Source: Eubacteriales bacterium
GTDB taxonomy: Bacteria; Bacillota; Clostridia; Oscillospirales; CAG-272
Reading direction: 5' to 3'
Assembly: GCA_045655025.1 (NCBI GenBank)
Contig: JAZOOM010000106.1
Coordinates: 1 to 37,011 of the forward strand
Length of the DNA stretch: 37,011 bases
Within the stretch, counting starts at the first letter, position 1. Each line of letters begins with the position of its first letter. A program made the translations under genes and the position numbers. The notes under the pieces were generated by a model. The model searched no databases. It had not been told where the DNA came from and was given only the letters and a program-made list of their open reading frames with translations. Below, piece after piece: positions 1-9,652 of this stretch.

Positions 1-32
1 CCGTTTGCCGGATTGGCAAACGGGGGTTTTCG
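1..32. terminator. GC hairpin downstream of rsfS; possible operon-end terminator, orientation ambiguous
   Basis: CCGTTTGCC(1-9)/GGCAAACGG(15-23), 9-bp stem, followed on the plus strand by GGGTTTTCG. For the minus strand the U-tract would lie beyond the window edge. Confidence 0.35.
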
Positions 33-51
33 TGTGAGAGCTTCGGTAGGA

Positions 52-444
52 TCAGCCGTAGAGCTTATCCAGATTGTAGAACTCGCGGGTCTCGCGGGTG
101 AAGACGTGCACCATAACGTGGGCGTAGTCCAGCACCATCCAGGTGTTTCCGTCACGACCCTCGGTGTGGAGGGGATCCACGCCGCGGCGGCCCATCTCGT
201 AGTCCACCTCACCGCCCAGGGTGTTGACATGGGTGTTGGAGGTACCGGTGGCCAGAACCATGTAGTCGCAGATGTCGGTCTTTCCCTCCATGTTGATGAT
301 CTTGATCTCACGGCCGCGCTTGTGGTCGAGGAACAGGGCAATAGCCTCAGCCATCTCGGCAGGGGTGGCGTCAGTCAGGGGAGCGGGCGTGTTATCGGGG
401 GCCTCCAGCTCGGCAGCGATTCTTTCTTTCAGATTTTCAATCAT
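52..444 (-). CDS. rsfS: Ribosomal silencing factor RsfS (iojap family)
   Basis: 130 aa with ATG start. DICDYMVLATGTSNTHV and WMVLDYAHVMVHVF are typical RsfS motifs. Conserved position after nadD-yqeK. Confidence 0.9.
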   Translation of the reverse strand: MIENLKERIAAELEAPDNTPAPLTDATPAEMAEAIALFLDHKRGREIKIINMEGKTDICDYMVLATGTSNTHVNTLGGEVDYEMGRRGVDPLHTEGRDGNTWMVLDYAHVMVHVFTRETREFYNLDKLYG

Positions 445-461
445 GTTTTTCGTTCCTTTCG

Positions 462-1121
462 TTAGTGGTTTCGACCGCCCACCAGCTCGGCAAGAGCAAG
501 CTCGTTGCGAGCCAGAACGGTGTCGGGGCTGATGACAGCCCCCTCGGATATGTGAGCGCGCATAGTCATGTCAAAGGACATGATGAGCGTGCGGCGCAGG
601 TGAACCAATCGCTCCTCCTCCGTCATACGCTCGGGATTCGCCCCCCAGAAGAAGGAGCGAAGACGAACGCAATCGGGGAACAGGCGGGATTCGTCAATGT
701 AGTCCGCCAGATACAGGAGCTGTTCGGTCAGAGTCATACCTGCCCGTCCCGTGGTATGCCAGCGAACGGCGTTCACGACGACCTCACAATTAAAGGTGGG
801 GTAATTATCGGGAATCAGAAGGACAGCGGTGCGGGCGTGGAAGGTCTTGTGAGAAAATTCATCCCCGGGAGAAAGCGTCTCGCCAACCTCGGTGAGGAGA
901 GTCATGTGCGTCCGCACGTCATACTCCTTGGTAATATCGTGAAGCAGAGCAGCGGCGCGAAGGGCGGGAATCTCCTCGGGACAGAAAAGAGTAGCCAAAC
1001 GGATCACCATATCCTCTACAGCGGCGGTATGGGCGAAGCGTTTGGGGGACATTTCACGGAGCACCGTCTCCCGCAAAGCGGCAAGCTCGGCGTCTCCGAA
1101 GGGGTATTTGCTTTGGTTCAT
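462..1121 (-). CDS. yqeK: HD-domain protein YqeK (bis(5'-nucleosyl)-tetraphosphatase family)
   Basis: HD motif AALLHDITKE and FAHTAAVEDM; sits directly after nadD. The track ORF (to 1277) overlaps nadD, so it was trimmed to the ATG at 1121 (MNQSKYPFGD). Confidence 0.8.
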   Translation of the reverse strand: MNQSKYPFGDAELAALRETVLREMSPKRFAHTAAVEDMVIRLATLFCPEEIPALRAAALLHDITKEYDVRTHMTLLTEVGETLSPGDEFSHKTFHARTAVLLIPDNYPTFNCEVVVNAVRWHTTGRAGMTLTEQLLYLADYIDESRLFPDCVRLRSFFWGANPERMTEEERLVHLRRTLIMSFDMTMRAHISEGAVISPDTVLARNELALAELVGGRNH

Positions 1122-1158
1122 ATCAGTATATCCTATTCTCGGGGTACGTATTCCCGTA

Positions 1159-1764
1159 TCAGGCGTTGCGGTAAAGTCCATGCGCGTGGATGTACTCCGC
1201 CACGGCTGGAGGAACAGCCCCGTCAATGGGGAATCCCTCTGCCACAGCGCGGCGAACGTCGGTGGAGGACAGCTCAATGGCAGGTGTCACGATGCGACGC
1301 ACCACCTTGCCATACTTCTGCTGGTACTCCGTGATCTTCTCCACGATAGCACCGTCCAGCTCACCGTCGGTCTCCCGACGGACGTAAACGGGGTAGCAAA
1401 GACGGAAGATCTCGTCGGGCTCGCGCCATTGATCCAGGGTCATGAGCATATCCGTCCCCATAAGCAGGAACAGACGTCCCTCGGGGTCGTACAGCTCGCG
1501 GAGGGTGTCCACGGTGTAGCTCTTCCCTTCCCGTTTCATTTCCAGATCGCTGACGATGACACCGTCCATATCTGCAAAGGCCAGTCGGCACATTTCCAAG
1601 CGATCAGCGGCGGTAGCGTCCCCCTTCATGATCTTGTGAGGGGTCATGCCCGTGGGGATGACGTAGAGGATATCCAGCCACATCTGCTCCATGAAGGCCT
1701 TCGCGGCGGCAATATGACCGTTATGGATGGGGGAGAAGGTGCCCCCATAGATACCGACCCGCAT
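1159..1764 (-). CDS. nadD: Nicotinate-nucleotide adenylyltransferase
   Basis: MRVGIYGGTFSPIHNGHI carries the (H/T)xGH nucleotidyltransferase motif. Its ATG overlaps the yhbY stop as TAATG. Confidence 0.92.
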   Translation of the reverse strand: MRVGIYGGTFSPIHNGHIAAAKAFMEQMWLDILYVIPTGMTPHKIMKGDATAADRLEMCRLAFADMDGVIVSDLEMKREGKSYTVDTLRELYDPEGRLFLLMGTDMLMTLDQWREPDEIFRLCYPVYVRRETDGELDGAIVEKITEYQQKYGKVVRRIVTPAIELSSTDVRRAVAEGFPIDGAVPPAVAEYIHAHGLYRNA

Positions 1765-2087
1765 TACAGCTCGATGTGACGCTTCCCGTTCAGGGAGCGA
1801 CGGTACAGGATGATCTTGCGGCCGATGACACCAACCACGGCGGCGTTCAAGGCCTCGGCCAAGCCCTCGGCGGCCTCACGGGGCGTGTACTCGGAGGTCT
1901 CCAAAACAGACAGCTTGATCAGCTCCCGAGCCTCCAGGGCATCGCAAACAGTGGTGATGAAGTTCTCGCTCACGCCGCCCTTACCGATCTGCGTCACGGG
2001 GGACAGGGTGGATGCCATGGAGCGAAGCTTGGCTCTCTGTGCCGAAGTCAGCACGGGAGCGGCAGGGTAAATTCTTTCGTTATTCAT
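1764..2087 (-). CDS. yhbY: Ribosome-assembly RNA-binding protein YhbY (CRS1/YhbY domain)
   Basis: KLRSMA...LSPVTQIGKGGVSENF...ELIKLSV is a YhbY signature. The ATG at 2087 follows GGAGAATAAC; the track's TTG at 2099 is less likely. Confidence 0.85.
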   Translation of the reverse strand: MNNERIYPAAPVLTSAQRAKLRSMASTLSPVTQIGKGGVSENFITTVCDALEARELIKLSVLETSEYTPREAAEGLAEALNAAVVGVIGRKIILYRRSLNGKRHIEL

Positions 2088-2088
2088 G

Positions 2089-2703
2089 TTATTCTCCAAA
2101 ATGTGTTGTGTTCTTCAACGCCTCCGCCAGCTTGGCAATGGCCTTGCCTCTGTGGCTGATGGCATTCTTCTCCTCGGCGGACAGCTCCGAGAAGGTCTTT
2201 TGGAAGGGCTCGTAGTAGAAATAGGGGTCGTAGCCAAAGCCGCCCTCGCCTCTTGCCTCGTTTATGATGATGCCCTCGGTCTCGCCCCGTACCGTCATTT
2301 CACGGCCATCGGGATAGACAAGCGCGATACAGCACACAAAGCGAGCGGTGCGCTCCGCGGCGGGAACATCCGCCAAATTCTTCAGGAGCAACGCGTTGTT
2401 GGCGGCATCATCACCGTGACCCCCTGCATAGCGTGCAGAGTAGACACCGGGAGCTCCGTTCAGAGCATCCACAGACAGGCCGGAGTCATCCGCAATGGCG
2501 GCATAGCGGCCTTCTCCCGCTGCCACAGCGGTACGTGCCTTGGTCAAGGCATTCTCCTCATAGGTCTCACCGTTCTCCTCGATATCACCGACGTATCCCA
2601 CGTCGTCAAGAGAAAGAATGTGTACACCGGGGAAATGGGTAGCCAGAATGGCCTCCACCTCGCGGATCTTCTTTTTATTGCGGGATGCAAGAATCAGTTC
2701 CAT
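2089..2703 (-). CDS. rdgB: Non-canonical purine NTP pyrophosphatase (XTP/dITP diphosphatase, RdgB/HAM1)
   Basis: [31 protein letters not shown] and SHRGKA are HAM1 family motifs. Confidence 0.9.
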   Translation of the reverse strand: MELILASRNKKKIREVEAILATHFPGVHILSLDDVGYVGDIEENGETYEENALTKARTAVAAGEGRYAAIADDSGLSVDALNGAPGVYSARYAGGHGDDAANNALLLKNLADVPAAERTARFVCCIALVYPDGREMTVRGETEGIIINEARGEGGFGYDPYFYYEPFQKTFSELSAEEKNAISHRGKAIAKLAEALKNTTHFGE

Positions 2704-2706
2704 ATC

Positions 2707-3990
2707 TTATTCTCCAAACAGAGCCGATACGAAATCCTCCGCATCGAACTCCTGCATATCGTCGATCTTCTCGCCCACACCGATGAACTTCACGGGAATG
2801 CCCAGCTCACGCTTGATGGAAATGATGATGCCGCCCTTGGCAGTACCGTCCAGCTTGTTCAGCGTGATGCCCGTGATCTTGGCGGCCTGGCTGAATTCCT
2901 TGGCCTGGGACACGGCGTTCTGACCCGTGGTAGCGTCCAGTACCAACAGAGTCTCACGGCAGGCGCCGGGCAGCTCGCGGTCGATCACTCGATCGATCTT
3001 GGCCAACTCGTTCATGAGGTTTTTCTTATTCTGCAAGCGGCCTGCGGTGTCGATGATGAGCACGTCGGCCTGCTTCTTCTTGGCTGCGGCAATGGCGTCA
3101 AACACAACAGCGGCGGGATCGCTTCCCTCGCTCTGCTTGACCATGTCTACCTTGGCACGCTCGCACCATACAGCCAGCTGATCAATGGCAGCGGCGCGGA
3201 AGGTATCGGCAGCGGCCACAACGACCTTCTTACCCTGCAAGCGGAGACGCTTGGAGATCTTACCGATGGAGGTGGTCTTACCCGCACCGTTGACGCCGAT
3301 GACCAGCAGCACGCTGGGGGTGGTAGTCAACTGCAAGGGCTCGGACTCACCGATCATGTCGGCCATGATCTCCCGAAGAGCGGTCATGACCTGCTCCTTC
3401 TCCTTGAGACGGCCGTCCTTAATGCGCTCACGAAGCTCGTCCATGATCTCCTCGGTGGCGGTAAAGCCCACGTCAGCAGAGATCAGGATCTCCTCCAATT
3501 CCTCCAGAAGATCCTCATCCACCTTGGTGAAGGCCTTAAGCAGATTATCCACGGGAGAGAACAGGGCGTTACGGGTCTTCGTCAGACCCGATTTGAGGCG
3601 TCCCCAGAAAGACTTCTTGGTGGCAGTCTCCTCGATCTCCTCCTCGGCGGGAGATTCCTCAACGATGGATTCCTCAACGGCGGGCTCCTCAACGATGGAT
3701 TCCTCGATGACAGGCGCCTCAACGGCAGGCTCCTCAATGACAGACTCCTCAACGATAGGTTCCTCGACGACAGACTCCTCAACGATAGGCTCGTCAACGG
3801 CAGGCGCTTCAGCGACAAGTTCCTCAACGACGCTCTCCTCGTCGGCGGTCTCCTCCCCATTCAAGAGGGCGGCTTCGGCGGCCTCGGCGGCGGCTTCTTC
3901 CTCAGGGGTCAATCCCTCCTCCTCGACAAGAGTATTCTCGTCGGGGGTATTATTCTTTTTCTTTCCAAACAGCTTAGCTAAAAAGGCCAT
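2707..3990 (-). CDS. ftsY: Signal recognition particle receptor FtsY with acidic repeat N-domain
   Basis: The C-terminal NG domain has [19 protein letters not shown] and [10 protein letters not shown]. The ATG at 3990 lies 10 nt after AAGGAG and overlaps the smc 3' end by 17 nt. Upstream in-frame ATGs at 3999 and 4017 lack RBS spacing. Confidence 0.92.
   Translation of the reverse strand: MAFLAKLFGKKKNNTPDENTLVEEEGLTPEEEAAAEAAEAALLNGEETADEESVVEELVAEAPAVDEPIVEESVVEEPIVEESVIEEPAVEAPVIEESIVEEPAVEESIVEESPAEEEIEETATKKSFWGRLKSGLTKTRNALFSPVDNLLKAFTKVDEDLLEELEEILISADVGFTATEEIMDELRERIKDGRLKEKEQVMTALREIMADMIGESEPLQLTTTPSVLLVIGVNGAGKTTSIGKISKRLRLQGKKVVVAAADTFRAAAIDQLAVWCERAKVDMVKQSEGSDPAAVVFDAIAAAKKKQADVLIIDTAGRLQNKKNLMNELAKIDRVIDRELPGACRETLLVLDATTGQNAVSQAKEFSQAAKITGITLNKLDGTAKGGIIISIKRELGIPVKFIGVGEKIDDMQEFDAEDFVSALFGE
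3656..3850 (-). repeat. About 13 tandem 15-nt units inside ftsY, encoding an acidic pentapeptide repeat (V/I-E-E-S/P-x)
   Basis: Plus-strand units such as TCCTCAACGATGGAT, TCCTCAACGGCGGGC and TCCTCAATGACAGAC recur at a strict 15-nt period. The protein reads [42 protein letters not shown]. Confidence 0.9.
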
Positions 3991-6900
3991 TCCAATCATT
4001 CTCCTTATTCTTGGCAATATCGGCTACGTCCAGAGCCAGCACCTTGGAGATGCCGCGCTCGGGCATGGTCACACCGTACAGGCGGGTGGCGGCGGCCATG
4101 GTGCCGCGGCGGTGGGTGATCATGATGAACTGGGTCTCGTCGGAGTAGCGCTTGATGTATTGGGCGAGACGCTCCACGTTGACCTCATCCAGGGCGGCCT
4201 CGATCTCATCGAGGATGCAGAAGGGGGTAGGATTGACCTTCAGAATGGCGAAGAACAACGCTACGCCGATGAAAGCCTGCTCACCGCCCGAAAGCTGCAT
4301 GAGGTTCTTGATGATCTTACCGGGAGGAGCGGCTTTGATCTCAATGCCGCATTCCAGTACGTTTTCAGGATCGGACAGGGACAGCTCGGCAGAGCCGCCT
4401 CCGAACAGCTCCGCGAAGGTCACACGGAAATTGTCGTTGATCTTGTTAAAGGCATCCACGAAGGCGGATTTCATCTGCCCCTCGTAGCGGTCGATGATCT
4501 GCAAAAGCTCGCGCTGAGACTTTTCCAGATCCGTCAGCTGAGCCGTCATCTCGTCGTAACGCTTCTTGGTCTCATTGTATTTCTCCACGGCATCGGGATC
4601 GAAGTGACCGATGAAGCGGAGCTTGTTGCGGCACTCCGTCTGGGTGGCCACTACCTCGGCTCGGTTCTCCGGGGTAACGGGCGGATACCCCAGGGCGATC
4701 GCATCGGCGCGGGAGAGCTCATAGTCATCCCACAATCTTCCCGACAGCTTATCCATTTCGGCTTGCAGAGCCGTGAGCTTGCTGTCAGCGGTGGTGAATT
4801 CACGGAATAGATTTTCCTTATGATCCATTTCCTCACGGAGACGAGTATTCAAGCTGTTCAGCTTGGTCTCAAAGGAAGCACTGTTCTCGTCCACGCGGGC
4901 TCGGTCTGAGAGCAGGGACGTCAAGGTTCCCTCGCCTTCACTGAAAAGGCGACGATTCTCGGCCTGAGCCGCGGCGCAATCCGACAGCTTTTGCCGATAG
5001 GCGGCTACGCGCTCATCATTAGCACGAATATCCCCTTCAACAGAGCTGATGCGATCCTTGCAAAGTCCGGCCAAAGTCTCCTCGGTCTCCACATCCTTGC
5101 GGGTAGCGGAAATGGAAATGGTGAGTTGAGTCTGTCTGGCTTCCAGGCGGTCTACAGCATCGTCCTTATCGCCTCGCTCCTCGGCCTTTTCGGCTCGAAG
5201 CTGACGCAGCTCACCGATAGCGGTATCCAACGCCTTTTCCTCCGCGCGGAGACTGACCATAGTCTCCTCATTCTCCTCGTTTTGACGGAGAATGGCCTCG
5301 GAATCCTCTCGAACACGGGCCAGCAAAGCCTCGTTGGCATCCAAATTCGCCTGGGCACGGCCAAGTCGCTCCACCTCACCCGCCATAACGGCACGAATCA
5401 GATCCCGCTTGTCCTCCAGCGCGTTTTTCTCCTCGTCAGTTCGTTTGATCTCAGCGCGAATCGAGGCCAATTCAGCCTCTGTGGTGCGAACGCTTTCCTC
5501 CAGAGAAGCCAGATCTCCCTCCATCCGCTTGATCTCGGCGGCACGGGACAGAGCGCTGTTCTTGCGGCCGGTGGAACCGCCCGTAAAGGAACCGCCCACA
5601 TTGATCTGCTGACCGTCCAGAGTCACGACACGGACACGGTATTTCAGTGCCTTCGCCATTACGGTAGCGTGATCAATGGTATCGAAAACCAACGTCCGCC
5701 CCAGCAGAGAGGACAACACACTTCTGTAACGCTCGTCACAGGTCACCAGCGTATCGGCCACAGCCACGTAGCCCGCAAAGCCGATGGCACGCTTCATATC
5801 GTCGGTCTCGGAGGAGGGACGCATGGAGGTCAGAGGATAGAAGGTGGTACGACCCGCGTTCGCGCGCTTTAGCGCGTAAATAGCGGCCTTAGCGGTCTCC
5901 TCATCCTCCACAAGAATATTCTGAAGATTACTGCCCAAAGCCGTCTCCACAGCGATGACGTAATCCTGCTCCACCGAAATCAACTGGGACAGGGGGCCAT
6001 AGATATGGCCGCAGGGAGCGCCGTTGTATCCGGTGATACGGCCTTCCCGGTAGGCCTTCATAACAAACTTTACCGCGTCGGCATAGCCTTCGAACTGTGA
6101 CTCCATGGCACGATAAGTGGTGATACGCTGGGTCACGGAATCACGGCGAAGAATCGCGGAATTGTGTTTCTCGTGGAGGCTACCGTAAGTCTCGTTAAGC
6201 TCCGCCAGCTTGGCTTCAGCGGTTGTGATGCCCTCACCGATCTCTCCGACCTTCTTGGTGTAGCCATCCACCACACGGCTGTGATCCTCCACTTCCTTTC
6301 GCAGGACCTCGGAGGTGCTTTCATACTCCTCAATCTCGGAAAGAATGCCGCTGTTACGGTCACTGTCGGAGTCACGGGTGGTCTCCAGCACGGACAGGCG
6401 GACACGAACGTCCATGAGCTCCGCTTCACGGGCGCGGATATCCTCGGCGGCGGTATCGATGAGGGTATCCAACCCATCGATCTTTTCGCGAAGGGCGGTG
6501 ATCTCCTCGTCGTTGCGGGTGTATTCCCCTTCCAGTTCGGCAAGCGTATCCGCCAAAGCACCGCAGGTTTTTTGATGAGCCTCAAGCTGTCCCTTATCGT
6601 TCTCCATCTGGCGAAGCAGACCGGAACGGGTTTCGGCGGCGGCGGAAATCAGCTCCTCGGTGTGGGAAATAGTGGTCTCGGTCACACGGTATTCACTGTC
6701 CAGCTTATGCTGATACTCGGTCAGCTCGGAGATTTTTCCCCGCAGCTCCTCGGATGCCGCACGGCTGCCTTGGGTCATTTCGGTGAGGCGCTCCCGCTGC
6801 ACGTCCAAAGCCTGAACGGACTCCTCTGCCTGATTCAGATCGAATTCGGCGCGATTTCGCAGGGAGGATGCGTCGGCAATGTCACGGCTGAGACGATCGG

Positions 6901-7651
6901 TGTCGTACAGCCACAGGCTGATGTCCGCCCGTTTCTTGGATTCCAGCAGAACAATACCCTTACGGGCTTTATTGGCCTCCTTTTCCAAAGGGCCTACCTG
7001 CGCCTCCACCTCGGCGTAGACATCCCGTACACGAACGAGATTGCTTTCTACGGCGGCCAGCTTGCGCTCGGACTCGTTCTTCTTGACACGGTACTTGGCG
7101 ATACCCGACGCGTCCTCAAACACACTGCGGCGCTCCTCGCTCTTACGGGATACCATGTCGGCAATACGACCCTGTCCGATGATGGAGTAGCCATCACGAC
7201 CGATACCCGTATTCAGGAACAGCTCGTATATATCCTTGAGACGGACGGCTTTGCGGTTGATCAAGTATTCGCTTTCACCCGCGCGAAAATAGCGGCGGGT
7301 AACGGTAACCTCGTCATAGGGACAATCCAGCTTGCCGAAATCCGAGGTGTTGTCAAAGGTAACGGATACCTCGGCGTAACCCATGGGTCTGCGGCTGTCC
7401 GCGCCGCCGAAGATAACGTCCTCCATTTTACTGCTTCGCAGAGTCTTTGAAGAGATCTCACCCAGCACCCATCGCATAGCGTCCGCGATGTTGGACTTAC
7501 CGCTGCCGTTCGGGCCCACGATGACGGTCACACCCACCGAGGAGCCGCCGGCCACAAGCTGATCCGACCCCTTATGTCCGGGATCGAATATCAGTTTGGT
7601 GCGGTCGGGAAAGGACTTAAAGCCCTGCATTTCAATTGATTTTAAGTACAC
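3974..7651 (-). CDS. smc: Chromosome segregation protein SMC
   Basis: 1225 aa. Has the N-terminal Walker A GPNGSGKSNI, long coiled coils with a hinge, and the C-terminal LSGGE signature plus Walker B FCILDEIEAALD. GTG start (MYLKSIEMQGFKSF) 8 nt after AGGAG. Confidence 0.95.
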   Translation of the reverse strand: MYLKSIEMQGFKSFPDRTKLIFDPGHKGSDQLVAGGSSVGVTVIVGPNGSGKSNIADAMRWVLGEISSKTLRSSKMEDVIFGGADSRRPMGYAEVSVTFDNTSDFGKLDCPYDEVTVTRRYFRAGESEYLINRKAVRLKDIYELFLNTGIGRDGYSIIGQGRIADMVSRKSEERRSVFEDASGIAKYRVKKNESERKLAAVESNLVRVRDVYAEVEAQVGPLEKEANKARKGIVLLESKKRADISLWLYDTDRLSRDIADASSLRNRAEFDLNQAEESVQALDVQRERLTEMTQGSRAASEELRGKISELTEYQHKLDSEYRVTETTISHTEELISAAAETRSGLLRQMENDKGQLEAHQKTCGALADTLAELEGEYTRNDEEITALREKIDGLDTLIDTAAEDIRAREAELMDVRVRLSVLETTRDSDSDRNSGILSEIEEYESTSEVLRKEVEDHSRVVDGYTKKVGEIGEGITTAEAKLAELNETYGSLHEKHNSAILRRDSVTQRITTYRAMESQFEGYADAVKFVMKAYREGRITGYNGAPCGHIYGPLSQLISVEQDYVIAVETALGSNLQNILVEDEETAKAAIYALKRANAGRTTFYPLTSMRPSSETDDMKRAIGFAGYVAVADTLVTCDERYRSVLSSLLGRTLVFDTIDHATVMAKALKYRVRVVTLDGQQINVGGSFTGGSTGRKNSALSRAAEIKRMEGDLASLEESVRTTEAELASIRAEIKRTDEEKNALEDKRDLIRAVMAGEVERLGRAQANLDANEALLARVREDSEAILRQNEENEETMVSLRAEEKALDTAIGELRQLRAEKAEERGDKDDAVDRLEARQTQLTISISATRKDVETEETLAGLCKDRISSVEGDIRANDERVAAYRQKLSDCAAAQAENRRLFSEGEGTLTSLLSDRARVDENSASFETKLNSLNTRLREEMDHKENLFREFTTADSKLTALQAEMDKLSGRLWDDYELSRADAIALGYPPVTPENRAEVVATQTECRNKLRFIGHFDPDAVEKYNETKKRYDEMTAQLTDLEKSQRELLQIIDRYEGQMKSAFVDAFNKINDNFRVTFAELFGGGSAELSLSDPENVLECGIEIKAAPPGKIIKNLMQLSGGEQAFIGVALFFAILKVNPTPFCILDEIEAALDEVNVERLAQYIKRYSDETQFIMITHRRGTMAAATRLYGVTMPERGISKVLALDVADIAKNKENDWNGLFS

Positions 7652-7756
7652 GAAATATCTCCTGTTATATCATTCAAATTCATGTTCATGGAGCATTGCC
7701 GAACACCACAGCCGCGAAGCCGAGCGGTCACTCGGCATTCGTTTTGGATTTTATGA

Positions 7757-8503
7757 TCAGCAAATTCCAAAAATCTTCAGTGCCGCCTTGGCCGCGGCCT
7801 GCTCAGCCTTCCGCTTGGAGGAGCCGATGCCCCGTCCGCAGGGATTGGAATTGACGCGAACCTCCACCTCGAAGGTCTTTTGATGATCGGGGCCGTCAGC
7901 GCGAATGAGAACGTATTCCAGCACGTCTCCCTCGGTCTGCTGAACGAACTGCTGAAGGGGCGTCTTGTAATCCCCGTCGATGCCGCGGCTTTCCAGTTCG
8001 GTCAGATCCTTCTGTACCAGCGGAATCAGAAAGGCGGCGATGATCTCCATCCCCCGATCTCCCGCGTCCAGATAAATGGCGGCCAGCAACGCCTCAAAGG
8101 CATCGGCCAAGATGTTCTCCTTGTCGTATCCGCCCGATTGAGCCTCACCCTTGCCCAAGAGCAAGCAATCCCCGATACCAATACGGCGGGCGTACCGCGC
8201 CAAAGCCTCGGCGCAAACCACATCCTTTCGCATATTGGTCAGAATTCCCTCGCCCTCTTGAGGGTATGTATTGAACAAGTAGCGGCTGACCACAATGGAC
8301 AGCACGGAATCCCCCAAAAATTCCAACCGCTCGTTGCAGAGCAGATGGTGATTCTTCTGCCCCGTCTCGTTGGAGTGGGAGGAGTGAGTCATGGCACGGC
8401 AGAGGAGCGCCGTGTCGGTAAAGTGATACCCGATGGCATCCTCCAGCCGTTTCATGGCGGCCTTGGGATTGCGGGTCACATTCGTCTCTTGATCCTTGGC
8501 CAC
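7757..8503 (-). CDS. rnc: Ribonuclease III
   Basis: NERLEFLGDSVL catalytic signature and a C-terminal dsRBD (KTPLQQFVQ...AEQAAAKAAL). GTG at 8503 follows GGGAG with a 6-nt spacer and lies 4 nt after the plsX stop. An alternative ATG is at 8455. Confidence 0.88.
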   Translation of the reverse strand: MAKDQETNVTRNPKAAMKRLEDAIGYHFTDTALLCRAMTHSSHSNETGQKNHHLLCNERLEFLGDSVLSIVVSRYLFNTYPQEGEGILTNMRKDVVCAEALARYARRIGIGDCLLLGKGEAQSGGYDKENILADAFEALLAAIYLDAGDRGMEIIAAFLIPLVQKDLTELESRGIDGDYKTPLQQFVQQTEGDVLEYVLIRADGPDHQKTFEVEVRVNSNPCGRGIGSSKRKAEQAAAKAALKIFGIC

Positions 8504-8506
8504 GGC

Positions 8507-9511
8507 TTACTCCCTTCCCGAGGGGGACTCGGTACCCAAAAGTTTCTCGATGGTCTCGGTGGCCCCCGATTCGGCAAACCGCATGGCCTGACGAATGGCG
8601 GACTTGAACGCGCGGGCATCCGAGGAGCCGTGGGCCTTGATGACAGGCTTACGAAGACCCAGAATGGGGCTGCCGCCGTGCTCCTTGGCGTCAAAATCCT
8701 TTTTGAACTGCATGAAGGGCTTCTTAACCGTCAGCGCGCCCAGTTTGGTCAGCAGAGAGGTGTAGAATATCCCCTTCATACGGGCGGAGAACATCTTGCC
8801 CATACCCTCCAGGGTCTTGAGGCAGACGTTGCCCGTAAAGCCGTCGGTGACCAGCACGTCACAGGCGTTGAATGCGATCTGATTGCCCTCCACGTTGCCC
8901 ACGAAATGGATGTCGGAGCAATTCTTGAGGAGCTGATGCGCTTCGGTCTGAAGGGGCGTACCCTTATGCTCCTCGGCTCCGTTGTTCAGAAGACCCACGC
9001 GGGGACTCTCCAAATTGTAAAGAGCCTTCATATAGGCAGTACCCATGGTGGCAAACTGAGGGAGAAAATCGGGCTGAACGGTGACGTTCGCGCCGCAGTC
9101 CAAAAGCAGAACGGGAGGATTGAAGGGCAGAACAGCGGCCAGGGCGGCGCGGTGAACTCCCTTGATACGGCGAACGGTCAGAGATGCCCCCGCAAACAGA
9201 GCACCCGTATTTCCGCAGGAGACCATAGCGTCTCCCTCGCCGTTTGAGAGCGCCTTCAGAGCCATCGTCATAGAAGAATCCTTCTTCTCACGGAAGGCCA
9301 TGGCATCATCCTCCATGGTAACAACGGTCTCGGCATGAAGGATCTCAAAGCCGGAAATATCCAGCCCGTTTTCCCGTGCCACCGTCTCCAGCTGCTCCTT
9401 ATGGCCGACCAGCAGATATTCCCCGCCCAGCTCGGCCTTGGCGTCGATGACGCCCTTCAGCATTTCCAGAGGGGCATTATCGCCGCCCATGCAATCAATG
9501 ATCATTTTCAT
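8507..9511 (-). CDS. plsX: Phosphate acyltransferase PlsX
   Basis: MKMIIDCMGGDNAP, VSCGNTGA, GNVEG and HGSS are PlsX hallmarks. Confidence 0.93.
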   Translation of the reverse strand: MKMIIDCMGGDNAPLEMLKGVIDAKAELGGEYLLVGHKEQLETVARENGLDISGFEILHAETVVTMEDDAMAFREKKDSSMTMALKALSNGEGDAMVSCGNTGALFAGASLTVRRIKGVHRAALAAVLPFNPPVLLLDCGANVTVQPDFLPQFATMGTAYMKALYNLESPRVGLLNNGAEEHKGTPLQTEAHQLLKNCSDIHFVGNVEGNQIAFNACDVLVTDGFTGNVCLKTLEGMGKMFSARMKGIFYTSLLTKLGALTVKKPFMQFKKDFDAKEHGGSPILGLRKPVIKAHGSSDARAFKSAIRQAMRFAESGATETIEKLLGTESPSGRE

Positions 9512-9652
9512 GGTTTTGAATTTCCTTTCTTTGTTTTCGGAAACCCAATCGCCGAAGCGGAGCTTTCAAAGGCCTTTAAGGGAAATGTGCGATTAAAGAC
9601 CTTTGGGAGCCCGGAACTCACCGCGGAGGCAAGTTCCGTTGGGCATGCTAGA

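Noticed and set aside
462-1277. Track ORFs with long N-terminal extensions: 462-1277, 13352-14767, 14718-15749, 16136-16420, 16520-17197, 17451-19661, 24690-25802 and 29057-30652.
   Set aside because: The extensions overlap upstream genes, terminators or leaders, and they lack an RBS. Internal starts with Shine-Dalgarno spacing and family-typical N-termini were used instead.
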